Assembly (NCBI GenBank): GCA_013239625.1
Contig: MU053810.1
Coordinates: 3,876,071 to 3,940,070 of the forward strand
DNA length: 64,000 bases
Source: Lama guanicoe
Lineage: Eukaryota
Reading direction: 5' to 3'
How positions within the stretch are numbered: the first letter of the stretch is position 1; each line of letters opens with the position of its first letter. Below the pieces are notes generated by a model, which saw nothing but the letters and a program-made list of their open reading frames with translations, did no database searches and was not told the DNA's origin. Positions 1 through 11,370 of this stretch are shown here, piece by piece. The position numbers were made by a program, and so were the translations under genes.

Positions 1-239
1 AGTTTCTAGGTTTGAAATATGACTCAATTCATTTTCAGTTAGCACAGATCAATATTCAGAAACACATATTAGCGTTTTTTATCCACCATATCTAAGTATC
101 AATTTTACAAATTGGCTGAAAAAAGTCTTGCATTCACCCAGAAACCAAACATCTTAGGATGGCAAAGGAAAGTGATATTACCCTTGCTTAAGTACCCATC
201 CCGTGTGTGAATATTTTCCTGCAACAATAAGGTCCTTAC

Positions 240-300
240 CCTTCAGTGAAAGCTGAGAGGATATCGGATCACTGACCAGGTCTACATACTTGTTGTCCAT
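240..300 (-). CDS. C10orf67: C10orf67-like exon MDNKYVDLVSDPISSQLSLK(G); phase 0 to 1; the final exon lies left of the window
   Basis: Acceptor ttacctgcag|ATG, donor AAGG|gtaagg, 61 nt. Resembles human [21 protein letters not shown] as recalled. Confidence 0.8.
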
Positions 301-386
301 CTGCAGGTAAATCAAAAAGTTCCATTACTGAGCTTGAATGATACTGACAGATTAAATGTTTAATAAGGAAGAAATAATCTACCTAC

Positions 387-470
387 CGACGATGAGTGAT
401 GAACACTTCCAGAAGACACTGACTCTGTTACCAAGTTCATTTTGGACTGCACATGTAAGGGTTTAACTTT
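387..470 (-). CDS. C10orf67: C10orf67-like exon KVKPLHVQSKMNLVTESVSSGSVHHSSS
   Basis: tgtctttcag|AAA...TCG|gtaggt, 84 nt, phase 0-0. Resembles human KVKPLFVQSR. An 86-nt intron separates it from the next exon. Confidence 0.8.
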
Positions 471-1289
471 CTGAAAGACACAGACAGTATGTACCGTGTT
501 ATCCAGGGGCAATAATGATCAGCCCAAAGGGATGGAGAATGTTCTTCAACCCTGAGTTAACCAAGATATGAAAATTATGCTCCTAACTTACTTGCTGGGG
601 AAATCCTTTCCTTTAAATCCAAGGAATAGATCCCTTCCTTACTCAGGCTACTTTGAGAGAAAATTCAAGAAAAATGTTTTCCTTGTTGTCTCTTCTGACT
701 CTACTTCCTTCTGACTATCCCTATGCCATCTGGGATTTACTGACATACGTGGTCAGGTACTACAAAGCCCAGGGCAGCCTGGATCCTGGAAGCTACACTG
801 TAGTGGTCCTAATTCCCAGGAACTGAATGGTGAAAAGCAAAACGTTTTTCAAAGAACTAAAATCCAATCACGTTGTTTCTTGTAAGTTCACAACTAAAAC
901 AAAATGACACAGAAATATCAAAGGTTGAGCAAAGTTAACAGTAAAAGACAAGAAGACATTAATAGAATGGATAACAGACAATTTAGAATTCACAGCTAGA
1001 CAGAACCCAACAAGCTATGAATGAAGTCTAATCCATAAAAAAGATATGACAGTGAAGCATCTCCCTGAGTTGAATGAGAAAGTAACATAATATATAACAC
1101 ACAGCAACAGCGAACAATCCTCATGAGCTTTTCCTTGACAGCTACACCTACTAGCTTGTAGAGCACAGCCTCAAACCTTAAAAAGAAATCTTTGCCATTG
1201 ATTTATTTAACTAAATGTCTGGTATCTTTTTGGGTCTTGGGATTCTGAAATAAACTACTGGCTCAAGACATTCAAGAAATACAATTCAA

Positions 1290-2830
1290 CAACACCCCAA
1301 GCAAAATGCTAGCGGATTTTTTAAAAAAGAAATTGACTTGCAGATTCTAAAATGTATATGGAAGTACTAAGGATAGAGAATTGCCAAGACAATCTTGGAG
1401 AAGAGGAATAAAATTGAAGGACTTATACTACCTAATTTCAAGACTTACTATAAAGTTATTAATTAAGAATGGTATAGTATCGGCAAAGGGACAGACAGAT
1501 ACATAGACCAACAGAACAAAATAGAGGGTTTTGAAATAGACTCATATACACATAACCAATTGATTTGGAACAAAGGAGCCAGTAAAATTCAATGGGAAAA
1601 GAAAGATCAAAATTATACCATAAGAAGTATATGTGGAATGTGAGATATAGTTCTACAATCTGCAAAAGAAAAAAAGAGCTAAGTTGATCTTTATTAAAAT
1701 TAGAAACTCTGACTTTCAAAGGACATTGTTCTGAAAATGGAAGGAAAAACTACAGACTAGGGAGAAATATTTTCAGTACATATATCTGACAAAACACATA
1801 TGTATCCAAAACACATAACAAAATATTGTAACTTAGTAAAAATTAACAACAGACAAAAGTCGGGAGAGGAGAGGCCGGGGAGTTGTTGTTTAATGGGTAT
1901 AGAGTTTCTGTTTTGTAAGATTAAGGGGGTTCAGGTGATTGGTCCCACAACAGTGTGACTGTACTGGACATTGTTAAACTATACATTTAAAAATGGTTAC
2001 AATGTGGAGGGGGGAGTATAGCTCAGTGGTAGAGCATCTGCTTAGCATGCATGAGGTCCTGGGTTCAATTCCCAGTACCTCCATTAAAAAAAAGGTTAAA
2101 AAAAATGGTCGGGATGGCAAATTCCGTTATGCGTATTTTACCACAATTTAAAAAAAAGTCTTGGATAGTCTTTTTACAAAAGAAGATCTAAGAATGGCCA
2201 ATAAACACATGAAAAGATGCTTAAGATTATTTATCAGGGAAATGCAAGTTGACACTTCAATGGAGTACTATCTTAGGATGGTTAAAATTTAAAAACTGAT
2301 ATTATCAAGTTAGCAAAGATGTGGAGCAAAAGAAACACTCAAACATTGCAGGTGGGAGGGAAAATGATACAATCACTGTGGAACAGCGGCAATTTCTTAT
2401 AAACACATATACTCCTATATTGCAGCCATTCTATCCTTACGTAAGACTTACAAAAACGTATTTCCACAAACGACTTGCACAAGAATGTTTATAGCTGCTT
2501 TTTAGTCTCCACCAGGAGGGGAATGGATAAACAAATTACGGCTTATTCATACAACAGAATACTATTCAGTCAGTACAGACCACAGGATACCACTGACATG
2601 AATTTTAACAACAGGCAAAACTAAACTGTCATGGGAGAAATCAGAACACGTTGGTTTGACGTGGGGAGGTACTGTCTGGGAAGGGACACGAGGGCACTTT
2701 CAGGGATGATGGAAATGTCCTACCCCTGCATTGAGGTGACAGCTACACACAGATCAAAACTCTTCACATGATACCCTTAATACTGGTGCACTTTACCTAT
2801 GTAAAGTACACCTCAAGAGTAAGAAAATGT
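1290..2830 (+). mobile_element. Old fragmented L1 (ORF2 3' part and 3'UTR), interrupted by a SINE
   Basis: Degenerate L1 motifs (acttatactacctaatttcaagacttactataaag, atggccaataaacacatgaaaagatgct). Confidence 0.8.
2006..2105 (+). mobile_element. tRNA-derived SINE (camelid vic-1-like) inserted in an old L1
   Basis: A-box tagctcagtggtaga, B-box gggttcaattccc, A-rich tail. Confidence 0.85.
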
Positions 2831-2836
2831 TAAACC

Positions 2837-4338
2837 TTTTCTTTTCATAGCTTTTATTCAAATATGTAGCTTAAAAATTTAAAGTTTCTTTTTTAAAATT
2901 TTATTATTTATTTTAATACAAAGCTTTGGCATTAGCAATCTTACGAAAAAATAAAGTGTACTAAAAATAAATGCTTGTGTGGCATGATTGGTAAATGATG
3001 CACAAAAATAGGTTCTTTTTTCCTTCAAGGCAATAGTCAGAAAGCATTTTTTTCCTTCTTCAAAACCATTCTACCTCATTAGCATTCAAGCTAGCTGTGG
3101 CTCTGATGATCATGTAGCAGAGTGTGCGAGCACTGAGGAGACCAAAGCTGGCAATAATAATAAACCATTCTTTTGTCACTGCGATGTTGATCTCTCCCGT
3201 TCTAGGAGTGAGCTCCCTGTCCTGAGGAAGAGGTGAGATCCCCAAAGTTCGAAGTTCGAAGTGGCTCAAGGCCAAGGGAGTTGTCACTGGCAAGGTCACC
3301 TAGGGCTGATCCCCGGTTAACTGCTTGGGTTCTGGTGAGCCTCTCCGCGTCAAATGCTACGTTATCAGTACACGGCAAATTTTGCACAATTCCCAGGGCC
3401 TTTAAAATATTGTTTGCACGTAGGACAGGTACAGTGTTCGCTAAGCCAGGGATCCACGCAGGATTTGTGGAAAACATGCTTGCAGGGGAGGATCCGGACA
3501 ACATTGTTCTGCTTATAGCTCTCTATGCGGACTGCGCAATGATGGAAGTCTGGGTCTGTCTGCTTATCACCCTGTTTTACGGTTCTGGTTGTCAATTTGC
3601 TGATGGCTTTCTTGGCTGCATCTCCAAGGCGATGCTGGTTCCTGTCCCGAGCGTTCGTGTACCTGATCTTCTGAATGAAGTAGAATATAAGCCAGGCTGA
3701 AGAAATAATCATCAAAACAATAAAGGATATTGACACGAAGACCAGAGAGCCACAGCTGAAGTTCTTTGGCGGCATTCGGTTTCCAACAGCTATTGTCATT
3801 TGTGCAGAGATGTTTTTCTCCAGATAACTCAAAATGTCCTTACCCCTAAAGTCTGTAATCATGACAGCAATAATATCTCCAGTGCCTGGATGAGTCATGG
3901 TGACTGGCCCCTCGGCTTTATTATTGTAGATGACTACAGCCACCGTATTGTGGAAAGCAGCCCGCTATTTTCTCTTTAAACGTGCAGTTTCCCCTCTGCA
4001 GCAAGGCAATCCACTGTTTGATGTTGGGAGGGACAAAGAACCGTGTTTGAGGATCACAGCCCAGATGATCAGCAACTCCGTGGACGGGCAGCGGCGCCAG
4101 CACCTGACCGCGGACCTCGGCCTTGGGCGAGCCGAGCCCGTAGCGCCCGCGGTCCATGCGGAACGTGAGCAGGGCGCCGCGGCCGGGCTGCTGCACCGTC
4201 CCGTTGACGAGCGCCGTGTAGTAGCCCTGGCTCGCGTTGCCCGCCCGCGCCGGCCACACGCCGCAGGCCGCAGGTCAGCAGCGCGAGCGCGGCGAGCCGG
4301 GCCGGGCCCGCCCGCAGGCCGGCGCTGCGGCGAGAGCC
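2837..4338 (-). pseudogene. RNF130: Processed pseudogene of RNF130 (Goliath PA-TM-RING E3 ligase)
   Basis: Intronless. RNF130 peptide blocks ([64 protein letters not shown]2, C-terminal NANEVEWF) are split over several frames. The start ATG is absent, a RING Cys is changed to Arg (CAVRIESY), and there is a 7-bp duplication near 3245-3260. The 3'UTR has AATAAA at 2853-2858 and a short A tract. Confidence 0.95.
4079..4335. promoter_or_regulatory. CpG island carried in by the RNF130 retrocopy 5' end
   Basis: About 45 CpGs in ~255 bp by manual count, in an otherwise CpG-poor window. Confidence 0.7.
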
Positions 4339-5336
4339 AAAAATGTGAAGTTTCCCTATCAGCATCTATCTTGTCTACACTGTGGGTGAAGGCACTATTC
4401 TAACCTTGGGGTGTAGAACAGACCAGTCTGGGATCTTGTGGAATTTATAACCCGTAAGGGAAGAAGCCCTGTTTGTCATGTGCACTATCTTATCCCAGCC
4501 TGGAGCAGAGTGCTTGGCACATATTTGTACTCAGCAAATATCTGTGAATGGATGAGTGACCACAGTGCAGAGACCCAAGAGAAAATGTTACTTTACCCAA
4601 AATGCATTCATTCATCATTCTCTCCTCTTCCCTCACTTCCTGTCTGTTTTTCTTAAATATTTGCCATCCACACTGATGGTGTCTTCAGTGCCTACATACT
4701 GTGTAGCTGTACAGATGAGGATTCATGAGCCTGAATCCCAACCAAGCAGTGGCACACAGATGTATTCTCGACTAGATGGAGTGCTGTCCCTCCCCCACAG
4801 GAAGACAGAGTGCATGGACATCTGAGAGCAGGGCCAAGATTTTTCTCAAGGAAAAGACTGGCTCTATTAATATGCCTGGACTGGTATAATTTCAAGATTT
4901 TAGAAGTTTGTTTCATAAAGTCTGGACAATTCAAATTTGGATCAAAAAATTTTACTAGATAATCTTTTAAAAGCCCGATGTTTTAGTAGCACAACATTCT
5001 CATGGGTCCTCCAATGTTTAGTTTGTCCAGCTGATTAAATATCTAAACTTCAGTTGAGAAGAGGAAAAACCAAAAGGAAAAGAAAGAGACTACATATACT
5101 CCCAGCAATGTAGACCAGACTCGGAACACTTCCTCAGCAAGGTTCATATTAGTATGTAAATTTAGTTACAAATTAGAAACAATGTTATCTTGCCGATGTT
5201 CTTAAGTTCTTTGATCTCTTGCAGCAAGTTGAATTTAGAAAATCGTCTTAAAGCGAAAATTGTTGAAAAATTTTTAAAAGAAAGTGATTTTAGATTGTAA
5301 GCCTCTTGACACAAGAAACCATATTTTATATTTCTT

Positions 5337-5427
5337 CTTTATTTTATTTTTTATTGTGAAAAAATCCTTGGGTTTATTTTTTTTAACATTTTTTATTGAT
5401 TTATAATCATTTTACAATGTTGTATCA
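5337..5427 (-). mobile_element. Extremely 5'-truncated L1 with a probable short 3' transduction
   Basis: The L1 terminus matches the one at ~58575-58615. 17-bp TSD catattttatatttctt at 5320-5336 and 5428-5444. Confidence 0.8.
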
Positions 5428-6078
5428 CATATTTTATATTTCTTGTGACCTTTCCCACAAACATGACTTGTCCCCAGAACACTTAGTATCATAGCAGTTT
5501 CTCAGCAGCATTTATAGTATGTTAATTAACTGATTGTTTGCAATTTATTGATTACATTTCTATCCCAGGCATCATTTACCTTCACAGTTACAACTCCCAA
5601 GTAAAAACATTCAGTAAGTGTTTGGTTTTTTAAAAAGTCTATTTTAGAATTGGACTCTAACTACAGGTGATTTCTAGTGTGAAAATGAATGGCTTGGTAC
5701 TCAGAGCAGACTCTTTTACCTCCTTTTTCCCTTTGGAAGTGACTGGATACTTGGATCTTGAGCTGTGGTATCTTCCCACTTTCCATCCATACCCACAGTC
5801 AGGTTGACAGATGCTTCCCAGCTGGAATGAGTCACCCCTTCTCTGAGATTTTTCACTTGCCTCTACGATAGCTCAACCATGTTGCGGGGTAACAATTTGT
5901 GTATACATCTATATCGCACATTAGATGAGCTCTTTGGGTTTAGACACTCTGCCTTATGCCGTCAGCATCTAGCAGAATGACTGTCATCTCCAGAGCCTCT
6001 AACGTCAGGGGTCAGCACATGTGAAATAGGTTCAGGAAGGCATGTTGCAGATATCATCAAAGAGACCAAGAGCATCTA

Positions 6079-6240
<162 letters not shown>

Positions 6241-8956
6241 TCAGTCCTATGCTCATGCAATTAGAAACTAGAGTTTTCGATGTAAGAGCAAAGGGATACA
6301 AGTAAAAATGTCAACATGTTGGTATGAACTTATTTCTTTCATTTTTAAAACTACCTATCTTCCCGCCCTGAAAAGCAAACAGGAGGGAAGAGCCGCACGG
6401 GATATTAACACATACCATAGAAATCACAGTATAAGAACAGTTTGGAGAGGAAAAATAAATGGAATAGGGTAGGAACACTGAAACAGATTCCAGAATGTAC
6501 TAGAACACAGTGTATGACTAAAGTGGCCCCACAACCCAATCTAGAAAGGGTGGGCTGTTTAGTAGATGGTGCTGGGGAAAGTACTTCCCTTGGCATAGGA
6601 AGGCGACCTCCCAATGGAGTGAAGACCTAAACATGAGAGGTAAATCAAGAAGGCTTGTATAAAAGCGTGCGAGAACATTTTAGTGGAGATGGGGAAGGAC
6701 TCTCTAAACACAAACCTAGGGCAAAAATACTGATGGATAAGAACTAAGAATTTCTGTACAATAAAGGACAGCATACACAAAGTTAATAGACTGGGAGAAG
6801 AAATATATAACATCTAAAATTGACGAAGAATACATAAAGGAATTTCACAACCGACAAGAAAGCAAAAGATGAAAACAGTTCACAAAAGAGGGAGGTCCTT
6901 TGGAGGGAAAACAGATTGAAAAAAGTTTTTGAGAGTCAGATATTAACAAATATTAGGACTCAGTCCTTGTATGTCTCTGCTTTTCTCCAACACTCACTCT
7001 TAGTTGATCTCATTTAATCTCATGGCTTTAAATGCCATCTGTGCTAATGCATCCCAAATGTATGTGCCCAGCCTCAACTTTCTTCTGAACTCCAGACTCA
7101 TGTGCTCATTACTGCCGTTAGACATCTATCCTTAAGTGACTACAGCATCATAAATTTAATGTCTCAAAACTGAACTGACTTCCCACCAAAATGTGCTTGC
7201 TTGTTTCAGTTGAAGGCGACTCTATCTTTCCCGTCATTTAGGTAAAATCCTTGCAATCATCCTTGACTTCTTTCTTTCCCACTTTATCTCCAATCTTTCA
7301 ACACATCCTACTTGCAAAATATACCCCAAATTTAATCATTTCTTAACACCTCCACTGCTCCCATCCCAGTCAAACCACCATCTTGTTTTGCTTAAGAGAG
7401 GGTTATTCTTTCTGGAGTTCCTAACTTTCCTCCTTGCTTTTCCTCTGACTTCTCTAGGGCCTTTTATCAACACAGAGGTCAGAATAATTCTTGTAAGACA
7501 TCAGGTCAGTTTGGGTCTTTCCTTAGTTCAAGATTTTCCAATGAGGTTTTAGGGCACCAACTCATTATTCTGAATATTGACAAATAAAGGGAATCAAGCA
7601 TTTATCTTATCTCACCTGAAACCATATTTCAGGGTAACTAAACAGTTGGGAGAAATTTTTTCTTGAATAGAATTCAGCTAAGAAATGCAGAAGGTAAGAT
7701 AAAATTCAAGAGTCACCAATTTGCAACCCCTAATGAAATCTTGGATCATGGTTTGTGATCCCTGATGGATGTTCAAATTATTTGGAGAAAGGACAATGGT
7801 GAATTTTACCATATGTGAACTAGGCTGATAACACATGAATAAAATACAGCCAGACATTATGTGCCTTAAGAGGTGATTCAATGGAAATTACACAGAACTT
7901 CGAGGGAAGTAGTCTTGCCTAAAATACTGAACCTGAGTCAATCAACTCTGGATTTAAAGATCAGTTTGTAGAAAATACAGCTGAAGAAGGAAATACAGAT
8001 AGAGGAACCACACACCTACACACATGCACATTAACAATTAGCCAAATCCTGAATGTGAGACAGTCTATGTAACAAATGGGCATATTCCTCTAGAAAAACA
8101 ATGGATTGGAGAAAATGGGGAGGTAAGTGGGACCATTACAGAAAAAAAATAAATATTTAAAGGAGACAACACCCTAATGCAGTGGTCCACCTATCCTGCC
8201 TGGATCCCAATTTAAATAAACAACTGTAAAAGATTTCCTTAAGATAATCAAGAAGTCTGAATATGATCTGGTCAGTAAGTAATACTAAAGAATTTATATT
8301 GCTAACTGTATTAAGTGTGATAATGACCCACTAGGCATGTAAATGAGAAAATTTTCTTATTGATTAAAAACAAAGCTTCTAGTGATTTCCCATTTCAAAG
8401 AAAAACTCCAAGTCTTCTACCTCACCGACCTCCTCTACCACTCTCCCCTGCTCACACCACTCCAGCCAGCTAGCTTCCTCACTGTCCTTGAACACACAAG
8501 CAAGCTCCCACCCCAGGACCCTTGCACTTGACATTCTTTCACCTGGAAGTCTCTTCCAGGTAATCATATTGGCATGCTCCCTCACTCATTCAGGTCTCTA
8601 TATTTGAAGACAAATATCATTATGTGCAAATGAGCAGGAAAATGATTAATAGTTCTATAGAGGAAGATGATCGTGTAACTCTGATTAAACCAGGTTATCA
8701 GGTCTGTCCATCCTGTTGATCATTTAAATTTGAAACACTGAGATCCAAAATAAAGCAGAGACTTGAATTATTTTTCCTTTGAAGTGACTTTGACAACCCT
8801 TCTATTTTAGGCCAACTATTTTGCATTTCTTGTTAGAAGTGTGTGGGCATTTTATATTAGTTAATATATATAGATAAACACAAGGCCCCCAATTTCCTTA
8901 AAAGATGGTTGGTTGTATTTTTATAAATAGAATTTATATATATCACCATAGCATAC

Positions 8957-9022
8957 CTGTTCCTGAGAATTAAGAATTTCTTTTCCCAGATTTTGTTCAT
9001 CTGATCTGATTCCTTCTGACAC
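8957..9022 (-). CDS. C10orf67: C10orf67-like exon (R)CQKESDQMNKIWEKKFLILRN(S)
   Basis: ttattacag|G...AG|gtatgc, 66 nt, phase 2-2. Resembles human NKSWEKRFFILRNS. Confidence 0.9.
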
Positions 9023-9096
9023 CTGTAATAAATTTAGAGATGGTTAAATATTGTATTAGCTGCAAATGAACAATTATGAATTATTATTACCAGTAC

Positions 9097-9179
9097 CTCT
9101 CTGTCTTCTTTTTCTGTTTCTCTAACTTAGCCTTTAATATTTCTATTTCCTCTTCCAAAACACGTTTCTCTTCTTCAAT
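9097..9179 (-). CDS. C10orf67: C10orf67-like exon IEEEKRVLEEEIEILKAKLEKQKKKTE(R), coiled coil
   Basis: ttttctgttgaaag|ATT...AG|gtactg, 83 nt, phase 0 to 2, followed by a 74-nt intron. Confidence 0.88.
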
Positions 9180-9862
9180 CTTTCAACAGAAAATACATCA
9201 CAAAGTTAATTACATGAACAGTCCACCCCATTTCTCCCTAAATCTGAAAGTCTATTTCGATTAGTGGGCATATTCTAACTACCATAAAAAGTATTTTGAG
9301 GGAACAATGAGTTACCCTTACTTGCAAATTCCCATAAATTGGAAACATTTAGGATCCCATGCCTCCATTTCCTGTAAACGATTCACTTAAAAACAGCTGG
9401 CTCTAGGCAACATTACAAAGCAACCAAAATGTATCTCCATTGCCCCTCCCCTTACCAGGTGCCACTTTTTCTAAATCTCTTCCTCATAGGCAGCAGCTAC
9501 CACCAGTTACTCTATTTCCTCTTTCTATAAAAAGAGTCCTCAGGAAAGGATCTGACCAACTCAGTCACATTAGAGCTTTCTGTCATTTCTCAGTATTCCT
9601 TATATTTCACAAGGGGACAAAGTTTTAGCAAAGAAATGAATCTGTAACAATGGAATTTCAGGCATGTCCTGAATGACATTTCTTTGGGTGTAGGAGGGGT
9701 GTAGCCCAGAATCGTACTATAGAGGCAATCAGGTCTTCTGTCTCTTCATTAGACTGATACTTTGTGTAGCTTTCAAAGCCACTGCTACTTTCTAAGAATA
9801 GTCAGCATCTATATAAACAATAATTAGGTTAAAAATAATGGTCATATTAGTCAGTATTATAC

Positions 9863-9922
9863 CTTAGTCACTGATGGTGTTGCCTCTTCTTCATGCATCA
9901 CAACAGGTACAGCATGTTTAAC
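9863..9922 (-). CDS. C10orf67: Candidate C10orf67 exon VKHAVPVVMHEEEATPSVTK
   Basis: Strong acceptor ttttctttccag|GTT, donor AAG|gtataa, 60 nt, phase 0-0, no stop. I recall no human counterpart. Confidence 0.55.
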
Positions 9923-11204
9923 CTGGAAAGAAAATAAACCAAAGTGAATATAACATTTCAAATCAATGCATAAAGACATGGTCTTTCGGCAGCTTACAGA
10001 AAGGCAAATGAGTTTAAAAGTATGCCAACGCCAGTCCCGCAAGGGTCATGACTGCCTTATTTAATTTACAAGACTCAGTGTTTATCCATTGCATTTGCAA
10101 TTGAACAGCTACATCCCATTAAAATCAACTTTCTCACTACGGATGTTTTTTAATACATTACTTTGTAATTATATATTGGTCAAATTTTACCATTATACTT
10201 TTTTTTTTTAATGAACTGGGCAGTTATCACCCAGTAAAGTTACAAACTTAAAAAAAAAAAACCTTTACTTTTTCTCAACTATCTTGTGGATTAAATTTAA
10301 TTAATCCCAGTTACAGATATTAAAAAGCTGCATTTCAAAATGGTTAAGTAAATCACATACTGCAGGTTTTTTAGATTTTAATGCATTCATTTGCTCATTT
10401 ACTTAACCATAAATGAATAAACTTTTATTTTAAGTAATAATTATAATGAATTTTCACTACTATACCTCTCCAATGATGCAGAGAGCAGATGGCAGTGAGA
10501 AAATATACTGAATATAAAAATCTGCTTGATTAGCTGTCCCTCTATTCCTATACAGCCGATGGAAAAAATTGCTTCTTATTAGCACCACTGTCTTATCTAG
10601 TGGATTCTATGACCAGAAAGCCCTTGATCTGTTGCCCATTTTGGTCGAATGGGCTCTGCCAAGCAGGGTTATCCTTAATTTCTCCTTTTTCTTGTGCCCA
10701 TATCATCCTGCATATTGAATTTTTAAAATTTTTAGTTAAGAGTATTCTCGAGTAATTTATCTTGATTTGGATTCCATAAACCTTTTGAGTCTTTACATGT
10801 TCAAAATATCTTTTTCTTATATACTCAATTTAGACTTTAGCTGGATATAAAAAAGTTCAAACTTTTTTCTTCCTTTTGAAAACTTTGCCTTATTTTTTTA
10901 TGGATATGTATCCTGATGAGAAAATTAATGTTTTCTTTTTTTGTCTCATTGTAGGTAAACTGGATTTTTCCCCCTCTTTTCAATTCTCAGAGACCTAAAA
11001 TTTCTCCACAATGTACCTGTATCAGTTCTAAGACACTTATTCCCTGTCTTGTTCAGCATTTTAGCATCTTTGAAACTGAGATGTCTTCTAGTTGGTGTGT
11101 ATGTCGTAATTTAATTGGCAACAGGTTTTCCTTGCTAGTGGTACATAAAATAATGGTGTATCTTACAATCAGGGGCATCTGAGATTTGATTTTTTATAAA
11201 GTTG

Positions 11205-11370
11205 AGGGAACTATATTCAATATCTTGTAATCATTTTTAATGAAAAAATATGAAAACAAATATGTGTGTGTGTGTGTGTATATATACACATGCATGACTG
11301 GGACTTTGCGCTGTTCACCAGAAACTGACACATTGCAACTGACTACACTCCAATTAGGAAAAAAAAAGAA
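11205..11370 (+). mobile_element. L1 3' end fragment with a (TG)n tract
   Basis: gggaactatattcaatatcttgtaat...ccagaaactgacacattg motif followed by an A tail. Confidence 0.75.

Noticed and set aside
2010..2085. tRNA gene
   Set aside because: A-rich tail, several diverged copies in the window and a TSD on a sister copy indicate a tRNA-derived SINE.
3365..3943. 192-aa RNF130 ORF as an active E3 ligase
   Set aside because: It is a fragment between frameshifts, with no signal peptide, a non-ATG start and a RING Cys-to-Arg change.
3233..4403. Plus-strand ORFs over RNF130, and the many overlapping ORFs over PXN and SLC25A6
   Set aside because: They are antisense or alternative-frame shadows of GC-rich coding sequence.
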